A DNA stretch of 64,000 bases, from contig JALDTO010000142.1 in assembly GCA_023515725.1 (NCBI GenBank), forward strand, positions 558,001-622,000, written 5' to 3'. The stretch comes from Amoeboaphelidium protococcarum X5 (Eukaryota; Fungi; Aphelidiomycota). A program made the position numbers and the translations under genes. How positions within the stretch are numbered: the first letter of the stretch is position 1; every line of letters begins with the position of its first letter. Positions 27,103 to 40,996 of the stretch are shown piece by piece. Below the pieces are notes generated by a model. It did no database searches. It had not been told where the DNA came from and saw only the letters and a program-made list of their open reading frames with translations.

Positions 27103-28350
27103 ATGGAAGATTTTAAGAATATAGTTTATATAGTGGTTGAACCTATTTTGACTTGCTTTGTATTTATCACAACGGTTGTGGGCATAGTGTGTCTGCAGTA
27201 AATGTCTCAATTGCTCTTGTATCTTGGTTAGATTGATGCTGCTCGTCACCATCAAAATATTTTACATACAAAATAGATATGGTGTGATTACTGTGTATTC
27301 CACTGGAAGTATTTTATGAAGACTGACTTTGTTATTCATGTTCCCAAAGTTGGATCTTCTGAAGATCATAGTACCATCCCTGCATCTTAAAATGGTTCCG
27401 CATCGTCAGCAGATTTGTAATAAGAGACTGCTTTACTTGATCTTAGTTAGAAATTATCTGGGAGTAATGCAATGATAATATGTAATCATTAGCTATATTT
27501 GGATTGGTTCTTTTTGTGGCTGCTCATAGATTTCATCACTGCCAGAACTAGATCGATGATGTCCAGTGTCACTGTGATATTGAAGAAGTAACTTGCCAAC
27601 ATCTGGCTGGTGGGATATGGAATGGCAAATTTTAATTTCATTTTCATGAACAGAAAATGGTCAGATGATAAAGACTCCCTTCTGAATGGATTAAAGCATT
27701 TGAGATCTATGGATTCGAATTACTGGCTAATGCTCTTTCCAGAAGGTACCACGTTACATCCGATTACAAGGGAGCAGAGTGAAAAGTATGCGGATAGAAT
27801 AGACATGAAGACTGAGGATAGATTTTAGAATGTTCTGCTTCCACGTGCTCGTGGAATGTATACCTGTCTAAGAGAATTGATGGGCATTGAGTCGGGTGTT
27901 GAGGTGCGAGATCCTCTTAAATACGTAGTGGATGTTACATTTGCCTTTGACAAGATTAAGACTGGTGATACACCGGAATTCATATACCCCATCTTAAAGT
28001 GTTATCTCTGGCCAGCAATGTTCCCCCTTAACAATCTTCACGTATACATTGACATTATAGATGCTGAGGATATACCATGCAGAGAGGAAGTGGATAAGTT
28101 TGAGAGGTGGCTGTTTGATCGATTCTAGAAGAAAGAAGAGCTATTGGGGCAGTACTATCGTGATGGACGGTATGAAGATTCTACTTTGTAATAGAAGGTT
28201 GTTATTGATGCCTCATATAACCATGACAAACGTTAAAGTATGGCGCAAATGATGCAATTCTATGTTGCAGCAGGTATTTTCGGTCTAAGCGTCGCCATCA
28301 GAACCATAGTTCCATGGTTCATATCAAAGCTATAACGAAGTAGATACTGA
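27103..28350 (+). CDS. Lysophospholipid acyltransferase (LCLAT1/CST26-like)
   Basis: NH(TAG=Q)LYLDW, FIFMNRKW, LFPEGT, NVLLPRARG. Confidence 0.88.
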
Positions 28351-28386
28351 TTTCCAAATAAGAACGGCTATGATTGATATTTATAT

Positions 28387-29460
<1,074 letters not shown>

Positions 29461-29668
29461 ATTCCCTTAATAGCGCACCCACAAAGTACTTTGAATCTCA
29501 ATGGCAACTCCAATCAAATGTCAATTCATCATCAAAAACCTTCTCGCGTTGTTTCAGCTCGCGTCTCGCTCTCTCTCGCAATTGTGGCTCTATCGTACTG
29601 TACGTCTTCATTCATCTGTGTACCAGCACATCTAAAGGGTACTATTATAGTATCGCAGTACATAAATT

Positions 29669-32401
29669 ATGCCTAGTTATAATATAGAAGGGACTTAAAT
29701 TGAGTTTCCGTATGATGCATATGATCTCCAATTGAATTTTATGGCGACAATCATTAGAGCGCTGAACACTTCTACAAATGCTCTGATCGAGAGTCCTACA
29801 GGAACTGGTAAGGCAATATCTCTGCTCTGTCCGACTCTGGCATGGCTCTAGTAGTAGAATCAGAAGAAATCGCTTGATAACTACAAGATTTACTTTGCAT
29901 CCCGGACGCATAGTCAACTCACTCAGATCATCAAGGAACTGAAGCGGTCTGCATACCGCAAAGTCAAGATGGCAATACTCGGCTCCAGAGACTAGATGTG
30001 CGTCAATGATCAAGTGAGGACGCTGAATACTTAAGGCGCGCGTAATGCAAAATGCAAGAAACTGGTACAAGAAAGATAATGTGAGTTCTCCAATAATACT
30101 CACAAGGTGAACGACATTCTGGATATTGAAGAGTTGACTCTGTATGGCCGGTAACATACACAATGCCCGTATTACATCTCTAAAGAGAATCAGACGAATG
30201 CTGAGTTGATTGTGCTTCCATACAACTATCTGATTGATCCACATTAACGTGAGTTGATGAATATTTCACTGAAGAATGCCATACTCATCTTTGATGAATC
30301 TCATAATTTGGAGAGCTTTTGTAATGAATCTGCGTCGTTTGAAATTACATCCAGGGATGTCTTATAGTCTCTAAATGACTTGTAACAACTCAAGTCGTAT
30401 CTGCAGTCCAATAGCAGTGCAGTAGATGTTTAGGGGATCGAATAAGTACGCGATATGATAGCATCCTTTGGTGAGTTGATAGAATAGAACATGAGCGGTA
30501 GTAAGAGTGGTATTGTTACGCAGAATGGGTAATTTATCAAGGATTTATTCTAACAGGTACATGTGGAATCTTCAAACTACGAGAGGTACATCAGTGTGCT
30601 TAATGATATAGAGCAGTTGCTTAATGACTTGAAGAGAGTCAACTCAAGTATTTCCATATGGGCGGATGCTCTTAGGATTGTCTTTACAACTGCAGAGTTG
30701 AGCAGTTGTTTTAAAGTTCATTTGAAGCAGGATTAGCAATAGTAACAGTTTCATCGTCAGCAGATTTCATTTCATAGTAAGGTTAAAAATAGTGGATGGG
30801 TGCTGAATCTGTGGTGTTTTGCTCCCAGTGTGGCTATGAGAAGACTTATGGCAGATGGTGCGAGATCGATCATCTTGGCCAGTGGAACTCTGTCTCCCCT
30901 GGACTCTTTTGCCTCTGAAATGGGAATACCGTTCAAGGAAGTGCTGTAGAATCCACACATCATAAACAATGACCAGTTGTTGGTAGGTGTTCTTACCAAA
31001 GGCCCAATGCAAGTGTCCTTTAATGCATCTTATGAAAATCGGAGCGCATCTGCTTATTTAGCAGATTTGGGGAATGCTCTGGTCAATTTTGCGCGTATAG
31101 TACCGAGTGGTATGCTTGTGTTCTTCCCGTCCTATGTGGTGATGTAGAACTGCATTCAATCATGGAGCGAGCATAAGGCTGGCCAGGCTGACTGTGTAAT
31201 GTCACGTTTGAAGAAGTTGAAACAGGTCTTTACGGAGCCGAAAGATAAAAATCAATTTAATGACTCTATTTTGGAATACTATGCTCTGGTCAAGGATCCT
31301 CAACATTCTGGTGCCATCTTCTTTGCTGTGTGTAGAGGTAAAGCTAGTGAAGGGATTGATTTCAGTGATGGCAAGGGTCGAGCTGTAGTTATTACTGGTC
31401 TACCGTTCCCTGCTCTCAAAGATGCCAAGGTGGTACTGAAGAGATAATTTTTGGATGATAATAAGTAATTCGGATTAAGTGGTAGTACGTGGTATACCCA
31501 ATAAGCTTATCGAGCGGTAAACTAAGCTCTGGGCCGTGTTATCAGGCATAAGAATGACTGGGGTGCGATACTGTTGTGTGATGAACGATTCTCTCAACAG
31601 TCCGTAATTGATAAGCTTCCTAAATGGCTTCGAGATTAAGTGCAGGTGTTTAAACAGTTTGGTGAGGCACAGTTTCAGTTGCGCCAGTTTATATCAGCCA
31701 GAGTTTAGTGGGACAAGGAGAATATGCAGAATCTTGCTGCTGACTCAAAATCTATGTCTGAAGGTTAGGCAGCGTCAAAAGCTGGTGTGGCTAATGACAA
31801 TATGTAAATCGGTATTCAAGAATCCGGATCTCTTACTCTTAAAATCAAACAGGAAGTGAATGTATCGAGTGTGGAACAGGTTCTCAATGAACAAGTTTAG
31901 CCTTTATCTAATTCGGATAATCGGGTAGATCTTTAATAAAAGATTGTCGTCTATAAAAGCCAGCTAAGATAATCCTTTAGTTCAGAGGAGTATAAGTTGT
32001 TCCAGCAATATGTGAAGGAATATAAAAGTAGAAAAATCCGATTTGAACAAATGATTAGCTCCATGCTCGCTTTATTAGATCACAAAGATAAGTATCACTT
32101 GTTCAGAGGAATGCAATCCTTTGTTCCAAAGCATCATCACGAATAGTTTTAGAACGCTTGGCACTTGCTCGAAGGTAAGTATAAGTAGCAGTCAGATGCA
32201 GTCAAGAGTGCGAAATAGTAGAATAAATCTATGGTTTGTACAATATGCAAGAAGGATGTCGTGTCACCATTCAAAAACAAATGCGGGCACATTGCTTGTC
32301 ACAATTGTTGGGTGATCCTCTTCAAAGTGTAGAATAGCTGTATGATCTGCCAAAGTCCCGCCTCTCTGCGCTTACTTGAAAAGCTGTATTATAGATGCTG
32401 A
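29669..32401 (+). CDS. RTEL1: RTEL1-like XPD-family Fe-S DNA helicase with C-terminal RING finger
   Basis: [16 protein letters not shown], Fe-S cysteines, [38 protein letters not shown], CxxC..CGHxxCxxC..CxxC. Confidence 0.85.
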
Positions 32402-32604
32402 ATGAACCCAGGTAAAATAGGATTATTCTCATTCACTATCCAGTCTCTTAAAGTCCCAGGATACAACGACGATGATCAGGGTCGATCAGTCAGAAACGCG
32501 TCGTGACTTTTCTGTTTCAGCGCGGCGATCGTCTTCTTTCTTTACCCATTTCTTCTGCTGTATTGATAATCTTTATTGAGTTCTAATCACTGTGAATAAT
32601 AGTT

Positions 32605-34491
32605 ATGATCTAGGACATACTCAGGCGTTCAGTGAGGACTATATTTCTCACTGATAATGTGGAGAGGGAAATTTATTGGATTCTTGTGATATTTAGATAC
32701 TTTTTGCTGTTGCTTTTGATTTTGATGGCCACTCTTGGTGTATCGTTTGCGATTTAGGATATACTCCATTTATATACCTTGATACGATATGGCATTCACA
32801 ATTTTAATAATGCCACATCTTCCCCTGGAACTTTGAATATAGGTCATAGAAGTGATTTCAATGCCTCAACTATCATCAAGAGTCTGATCATTGGTATTGT
32901 AGTGTTTATAGTACCGCGAATGTTGTGGTCTTGGTGGATTTACGGTGTTCCATTTCAGCAGTAAATGATACAGAACCAACGGTAGCCTGTATAAGTAGAT
33001 GATTCTAATAGAGCTGGTCATAACACGGACAATTAAGCACATTCACCTCAGTCTGATTTGAATCATTACCTTCCTCAGTCTAAACTCTTTGTACCTTAGT
33101 CTATAGATTCTCTTACACATACCAGGTAAAAGTATTTGAGATTGATAAATGAAGTTGGTCATTGGGCGCAATAGCATCTTAAACTTCGTAATCAGGATTC
33201 TTAAAAGATTATAAAGCCATTTTTGAATAGAACTGAGAGTGTGTTCAGGTAGATTGATTTCATTAATAAGGAAGCTGGGAATAGAGATACGCCTCTTATA
33301 GTGCTTGTAGTTGGTAGAAGGAAATGTGGAAAGAGTTAAATAATTAAAGCTATAGCCAATGATAATAATCTGCAATCTCAAGTTGCATTTGTTGGCGTTA
33401 AAGGATGTGTTATTACCTAATCGAAAGTTGCACTTTAAGGTGGGACTTGTGTGAACTTTTATGAACTATCTCTAGATTATGGATCGTCTGTTGAATAGTT
33501 TAATTCTGATAAGTCAGGTGTGAATGACACCGTATCTATTCAAACATTTGTATAGTTTGTCAAGACCTTAAAGTTTGTCCCTGACCTCATTTTGCATGTG
33601 ATGGACAGTAAACAAGCCGGTTCCAATGTTGGAGTGGAAATGGAGATTGTATAGTACATGTACTGGATATTGTAGTAGCAATTTTATGCTCGATTCACAA
33701 CGTTGATTCCATTGATTTGCGTCTTGAGTAAGACTGATGAATTATATCCTGCAGATTTAAAAAATCCAATTGATTATGATTCTATCAAAAAGTAAAATAT
33801 TGCGGAATCTGAACAAGTTTGCAAGCAGTTCAAAGCTATTCAAAGGGACTCTTTATATCCGTGGAAGCGAATTAGTCTGAAATACTTCCATGTTTTCCCT
33901 GTAACTGGACTATTTTTTGCAGATTCGCGTCGAGATTATAGGTATAATATTGACAAGTTATTGAATCTTCTATAGTAAAATTAGTATGGTAAAGTTGCAA
34001 TCAAGCATTTGGAAAATCACCTGGTATTCGCCACTCAAATCACTGATCTGTTAAAATAAGTGTCTTAAACCATGGCCATGTAGAATGCAGATTTGATGAA
34101 CAAGTATCAGCTGCTATTGTTTTTGGTGTCATTGATTTCTCTCGAATTGGCATCGAATTAGTCTCCCTATAATGAAGAAGATGTTGCACATGGGGATATT
34201 AAATTCAACGTAGACGATCCCATTTCTATTGCTAACGCTGTCAAAGATTTTTGGCTCAATCTTGGTGTGAAGAACTTGACTTACCATGGTTTGAAAACAA
34301 CAGCAGCAGAACTGATTAATGAGATCCCAATGGGCCACGTAATCAATGAAGTACTAACTAATGTCAGTGGAGTTTAATTGGGACTCTCCGATTTGATTGA
34401 ACGTCTAGGCCATGCCAGTATTGCATACTTTATAGAGAGAACTTCGCATTAACTGGTGAGTGATACATTCGCTGGCAGGTCCTCTTACTGA
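32605..34491 (+). CDS. Membrane-anchored divergent P-loop GTPase (bacterial YfjP/YcjF-like), 628 aa
   Basis: Two N-terminal hydrophobic segments, VLVVGRRKCGKS (G1), DLILHVMDS, VLSKTDEL (G4), DYRYNIDKL, C-terminal LGHASIAYFIE. Confidence 0.65.
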
Positions 34492-34613
34492 TTGGTTGAT
34501 CGGTGGAGAATCAAGGATAATCATAAATAGACTGGCAATCTACTTTTCAATTAGACGAGTGATTAAAAAATTGTAGAATAGATTATTACAGCATATTGTA
34601 CTATACAAGGATA

Positions 34614-35159
34614 TCATAATTCGCCACACTCTTTGATGGTGATTCGGAGTTTGGGAGAGTCATCAACGGCGTTAGTAGATACATTGTCCATTCTAGTCAG
34701 AACAGAGTAACCGTCTAGAACGCGTCCAAACACAACATTCTAACCATTGAGACTTGGTAATGGACACAGTGTGATAAAGAATTGACAGCCATTGGAATTT
34801 GGACCAGAATTGGCCATAGACAGAAGACCGACGCGATCATGCGGTATCTAAAAGTTCTCATCTTCAAATCGCGGACCATATATTGACATTTATCCAGTAT
34901 CATCACCTTTAATAAAATCGCCACCTTGTATAATCTACCCTTTAATCTTTCGATGGAATATCGAATCTTTATATCCACAGGGTTTTCCATTGATCTTAAA
35001 TTCGCCAGTGATCAGTTGGCGGAAATTCTCTGCTGTTCGCGGGACCACATCAGCAAATAACTCTATTACTACTCTACCAGCATCTTATTATTTACCAATT
35101 ACGATATCCATAAATACTATTGGATTTCCTCTTTTCGGAGCAAGAGCTTATAACGACAT
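34614..35159 (-). CDS. Cyclophilin (PPIH-like)
   Basis: [55 protein letters not shown]. Confidence 0.92.
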
Positions 35160-35281
35160 TATATTCTAATGATTTTGTTAATCTCTGATGATCGTTCAAA
35201 TGTATTTTATCGACTTTCTTGTTCAATTTTATTAATTGACAAAAACAAAGCCTTGATTTTTCAATACCTCAATTAATAGGA

Positions 35282-35677
35282 ATGAGTTCTAAAATCGCTG
35301 GAGCCTAATAATTGCTGGGATATGTTATGAGCACGTAAATGCCAAATATGGTCAAAGTACGCGTACCTAAAGTGGTACATTTGGAAAAGTATGGAGTTGA
35401 TCGCGTCCGACATGGTTCATATCATGCGTATGACAGTACTGGGAAATGCCTGGTTGGCGATTAGGTGAAAATAGTCAGAGTACCGCGTATTACAAAGAGC
35501 TGTGCATTTGCCGTGGCTGATATTGTGAAATCTGCGGATAGATTTGTGGATGAGCGAACAGGATTTGTATACACCAATGGCACTCTTAACATCCCGGTCG
35601 GAGTCAAGGATCCAACCACTGGCTAAATCAGGAATACAATCACCAATGAGGAATACAAAAAGATGGGTATTATTTGA
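35282..35677 (+). CDS. Mitochondrial ribosomal protein uS17m
   Basis: LLGYVMSTQMPNMVKVRV...HAYDSTGKCLVGDQVKI..PRITKSCAFAVADIV resembles the S17 family. Confidence 0.75.
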
Positions 35678-35767
35678 ATATACTAAATAGAATTTTAATA
35701 TTCAAACAGCGATAAGAAATTAGTCAAAAGCAGTTTTATAATCGTCGTTTATTATTACTAATCACAT

Positions 35768-36430
35768 TCACAGTTTCTTCTTACCTTCATCTGGGCTACT
35801 ACCCATGACAGCTTGCAATTTATCAGAACCAGCTGCCCTGTTGCCACGCTTATTCAGATCATGGCGCTGTGCATCCTTCAACTCCTTCTCCAACTGCTCA
35901 ACCTACTCACCAGAATCTGCAGCCTTCACGTGAGGTGAGACGCGCTTCTACGGTGGTCCCATATGAACATTCCGATCAGCCTTGTCCGTGATCTCCTGCG
36001 CAGCATCCTCCCCAATGTGTTTCTTCAGAGCCTCGATCTGGGTCTAGTACTTGACAGCCTCCCCGATCATGGCAAAGGTGCGATTCAACAGCAGAGACAT
36101 GAACAGAGTGAATCCAGTCAGGTACATATTTCTCTGCGCACGGAATAGCTTCATGTACATCTACGCTTCATTCACCGTATTCTACGGCGTGAACTGGTTG
36201 GTGCTCTAATCTTTACCGACAGCCAGTCTCAAACTATCCAGGAAGAGTACGAATATGAAAACAAACGCAATCTTGAGATAGTAATGTAGCCACGCCAGCG
36301 CAGTAGATTTAGCACAGAATTCAAACAGTCTCTTGCGCCATGAAGTGGGCATAGGCAGCGAAATCAGAGCAGTCAGTGTCATCTCAAAGACGAGCACACA
36401 AAACACAAAAGTATAATGCAATGTTGTCAT
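35768..36430 (-). CDS. BAP31/Yet3 ER membrane protein
   Basis: MTTLHYTFVF..EM, LFLDS, KLFRAQRNMYLTGFTLFMSL, C-terminal dilysine GKKKL*. Confidence 0.9.
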
Positions 36431-36834
36431 TTTCTAAGCTAGGATTCAATTAGATACTTTTATAGAAGATAGTTTACAAGAATTAAAAAATATTCCAAGT
36501 CGTCGCTGGTTAAATTTTTACAGCGTTGCGTTAACAGTGTGTGAAAAGTTGCAATTATGACAGTTGGCGAATCTTCAGCGCGATCAACTCACTCAGTCAG
36601 TCAGTCATCGTTGAGTCACCCACCGTTGATCAAATCATGCAATTTGAATTGCTCTCACACACACACACTCTGAAAGTTTAACGCGATAATGCTGATAGTA
36701 GTCAAAGACTATATTTTCCTATCATAGGTCTTTAATGAATATACTGAAAAGTATAGTCTGTTAATCGTGTTAATCTAAAGGTGGCTATTACGCGCGCGTT
36801 ATAACTCACCAGTCTCTTTTTAGAACTACATCAT

Positions 36835-38750
36835 ATGTATGAAAGCATAATATGCAACTTTTTGAGTTGTAAGAACAAGATTACAATGAGGCGTAGTCAT
36901 GGTATTCGCGATCTGTTGCAGAGAATGAATCTTGGGTGGGTATAATGTAGAGTCTGCTGTTCTGAACTGATGATCCACTGCTGCTCAAAGTAAAGTGAAG
37001 CAATTACAATAGAGTTTAATGGCATCGTGTCTGAAATTGGCGGCTTACAAAGGCGAACACCTGGATGTATTAGCTCTTAAAGTGTTTAAGTTGAGTCGTT
37101 GTGGGCTATTATACCAGTTCAAACTTGTTGTAGGTCTGGCGTCACAGTGCCAAAAGGTTGCGTATATATACCTGCATCCCACAGAAGCTGGTACGTATGT
37201 CGTTGTTGGTCAAAAGTTTTCTATCCGTCGTTCTGCAATGCTATCACTATGGCGCTGACCAGCTGTAAATGGCTGAGTGAACAGTTGTGCCTACCTCGCC
37301 TCTCTGCTGACGATATGATGCTAGACAATGTGCAGAATCAGTCTCCTGGATACATGCATTGGCTCTTAATATCTGGCAGACCACCCCATGCAATTCAGAC
37401 TGCTCTGCATAGATTCATTGAAAAACACAGCTTGTGCTTCATCTAGATAAGCGAGCTGTGCTGAGAGTTTACAGACGCTTTTCTACTCCCCTCTTAGAGC
37501 TTCTACTTTGGCTCCTTCATGTCCTTAGTGGCCAGCCTGGTTTTTGCGCCAGAGATGGTGGAGTATACTCTGGTCAACCTGCCTACCCTTCTTCGGACCG
37601 TGATGAAGGTGATGTGTACAATTGCGTGTGTCCCTTGGTACAACAAGACAGACTCTCTGTCTGGTTAATCCAAATCCCTGGTTCGGTTCTCTTGCCCTGC
37701 GCTGGACGGTTTGCTTGTTCCATACATTTTGTTTGCCAGGAACACTGAACTCCTACTCAGCGAAGATGCCACTCTTAAGTGCTAGCTGCAGTCCTATCTT
37801 TGTTGCGGTGCTGAAGGTTGGTTCTCTGCAGATAGCTACCGAGAGCTAATGAAGCGGTGTTTCAACCAGCTGATGGACATTGAGCTTGGTGTTAGTGATT
37901 ACCGCCAACTAACGGCGTGTATAGTGAGACGGTCTTTGATGCATGCAGATGATTCCTACGTTTCCCCCTACGATGCACAGCGTGGTCACTCTACAACGGT
38001 GGCAGAACTGCATTATGGAATTACTAATGTAGATGTCGCTAGTATTGGCAACTCTGCTCTCCAGTCTTTCTTTGTTGCATCCAGACGCTGGTAAGTCCTT
38101 CTTGGCGCTGCCACTGAAGCCAGTATCATTCTGCCTTCCGCTGTGACTTTTACCTCTAGTCGAGTCAACCTTTTAGCTGCTCCTCGAACAATTATGGCAG
38201 TTATGTCTCCTCTCGCGTGTGGTACAATAAGACAGACTCTCTGTCTGGTACCCAAAAGTCTTTGGGAAGGTTATTCTGTCCTGCTTTGGACTCGCTTCAT
38301 ACGAGCTTTCAAGCTGGATGATACTCTATTTCAACGTTATTGGTGCTTAATTGAGCTATCTCTTGTGGAATGCAGCCAATTGGTAGCTGGCTGGTGTAAG
38401 GAGGATTCGAACAAAGTAAAAGAATTGTTCAAGGATCTTCTGCTTAATGCCGGATGGCTGTCAAAAAGGTGGAATTTTCATTTACGCTGTGTCACTCTGG
38501 TATTTGGCGCTGGAATAAATGTCAGCTAATCCAATATTGGGCATACGTGCCTACCTCCCATGTAACAATGATGGAGTCTGAAGTTCCGACAGGCTTTCTA
38601 TAGACTGTTGAAACTTTTCTCCTGAATTACAACGAGGAATGGCCGACTTTTAAACGGTTTGCAGATCGTCCTCGTTACAAAGTTATACTCGATGAGATGT
38701 CGTCAAACATTGGAAATGATACATAATTTAAATTAGATGATTATAAAATT
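36835..38750 (+). pseudogene. Frameshifted remnant of a telomere-linked-helicase/DUF3505-type element (tyrosine-recombinase-like domain)
   Basis: Fragments in different frames: LLELLLWLLHVLSGQP, WYNKTDSLSG..LVRF, ELGVSDYRQLTACIVRR, DAQRGHSTTVAELHYG, SRRWQVLLG; TGA stops and frameshifts. Confidence 0.6.
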
Positions 38751-39040
38751 GACTTTATTTATTCTCGAGACACTGAAAAATACAACTTTTGATGCTTTAA
38801 ATGTAAAATTTGAATGAGTTGTGACCTCTCTATGCTCGATCTGTTGTACAGAACAGATTTGGGTCCGATTTTGAGGTGAATCTGTTCTGTACAACAGATC
38901 TTGAATAACTCATAGTAAAGTAAAGCAATTTTAATATAGACTTCAATTATAGTTGAGACACTATATAAGACAACTTTTGATGCATTAAATATAAAATTTG
39001 AATGAGGTGTAACCACTTAGTTCTCAATCTCATGTACACA
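38730..39040. repeat. ~188-bp tandem duplication with a central 22-bp perfect inverted repeat (38838-38859 / 38879-38900)
   Basis: gagacact..caacttttgatgc.ttaaat.taaaatttgaatgag at 38767 and 38955; gatctgttgtacagaacagatt N19 aatctgttctgtacaacagatc. Confidence 0.85.
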
Positions 39041-39200
39041 TGCTAAACTCATGTCAGCTTTGACGAAGCGCCTACAGTAGCCACACAACTTTCCTCGCCG
39101 CGCGTTCAATCCATCTTGCGTAAAGCGACCGTAGAAATACTACTCCTATCATCTAATCTATATTTGCTATTCAATAAAATTAACGTCAAAGAGTACAAAA

Positions 39201-40811
39201 ATGAGCGCAGCAGCTTTGAGACTGAATCCGAATGCAGATGTGGCCAGACGTGGCCAGACTATGCAAATCAATATTAATGCGGCAGAAGGATTGAAAGACG
39301 TGTTGAAGAGTAACCTGGGTCCAAAGGGAACGCTCAAGATGTTAGTCAGCGGAGCCGGTGACATCAAGTTAACAAAAGACGGCAAGGTGCTGCTGAGTGA
39401 AATGTAAATCCAGAATCCAACTGCTGCCATGATTGCGCGTGCAGCGACTGCTCAGGATGACATTACAGGTGATGGAACGACCACGAATGTGTTGATGATC
39501 GGAGAACTGTTGAAGTAGAGCGAGCGCTATCTCGCAGATGGTCTGCACCCGCGCATAATCACTGAAGGCTTCGACCTGGCTAGAAAAGAGTCACTTGAGT
39601 TCTTGGAGAAGTTCAAGGTGAAGAAGGAGATGGACAAGGCTGTGCTGTTGGATGTCGCTCTCACATCGCTGCGTACAAAATTGCATCGCGATCTTGCACA
39701 GAACATTGCGCAGTCTGTAGTTGATGCTGTGCTGTGTATCTACGACAAAGACAGTAAGAGTCCTATTGATCTGTTCATGGTTGAGATTATGAAGATGTAG
39801 CACAAGAGTGATTTGGACACTCAGCTGATCCGTGGCCTGGTTATGGATCATGGCGCTAGACATCCGGACATGCCCAAGCGTGTTGAGAACTGTCATATCT
39901 TGACGCTGAACGTCTCACTGGAATATGAGAAGAGTGAAGTCAATTCTGGCTTTTTTTACTCTAGTGCTGATTAGCGCGAGAAGTTGATAGAGTCTGAGCG
40001 CAAGTTCACGGATGAGAAGTGCAGAAAGATTGTGGAATTCAAGAAATCAGTCTGTGATAAGGGACAAGGATTTGTGATTATCAACCAGAAGGGAATTGAT
40101 CCGCTGTCTCTGGATATCCTGGCCAAGAACGGTATCGTGGCTCTGAGACGTGCCAAGAGACGTAATATGGAGCGTTTGCAGTTGTGCTGTGGTGGACAGG
40201 CTGTTAACTCTGTGGAGGAGCTGACTCCGGACGTTCTCGGCTATGCTGGTGTGGTTTACGAACACGTTCTGGGTGAGGACAAGTTCACATTTGTCGAGGA
40301 TGTGAAGAGTCCAAAGAGTGTCGCCATTCTGATCAAAGGTCCTAATGCACATACTTTGAACCAGATCAATGATGCTATTCGCGATGGCCTACGTGCAGTC
40401 AAGAATGCTATTGAAGATGGTTACTTGGTGCCTGGTGCCGGTGCATTTAACGCTGCTCTGCATGAGCATCTGTAAAAGTTCAAGGACACGGTAAAGGGCA
40501 AGAGTAAGTTGGGTGTGTAAATCTTTGCCGAATCTCTCCTGGTGGTGCCTAAAATACTGGCACAGAATGCTGGCTTTGACGCGCAGGATGTTATTGTGGA
40601 GTTGCTGGATGAACACAAGGCTGGCAACAAGGTGGGTGTGGACTTGAAGAGTGGCGGTGTGCTGGATCCAATGACTGAAGGAATCTATGACAATTACCGC
40701 GTGCATCGTCAGCTGCTCCACTCTTGCTCCGTCATTGCATCTAATCTACTGCTTGTTGACGAGATGATGAGAGCTGGACGCGCCACTCTCAAGAATGAGC
40801 CATAGCACTGA
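39201..40811 (+). CDS. CCT6: Chaperonin CCT/TRiC zeta subunit
   Basis: [27 protein letters not shown](TAA=Q)[36 protein letters not shown]. Confidence 0.97.
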
Positions 40812-40996
40812 TTTATTATGATATTTAAGGAGTCTCACTGTCATCTAATGTAAACAACAATGGCCATTATGTAACTATTTGTTTTTCACTTCTATTTTCT
40901 CTTAGGAGATCAGTAATGGTATTGATTGCTTCTTTTGAGACGTTTTCTCTATTCACTACTTTTATCAACTTCTAAATATATAAAGATCGTGATAAG

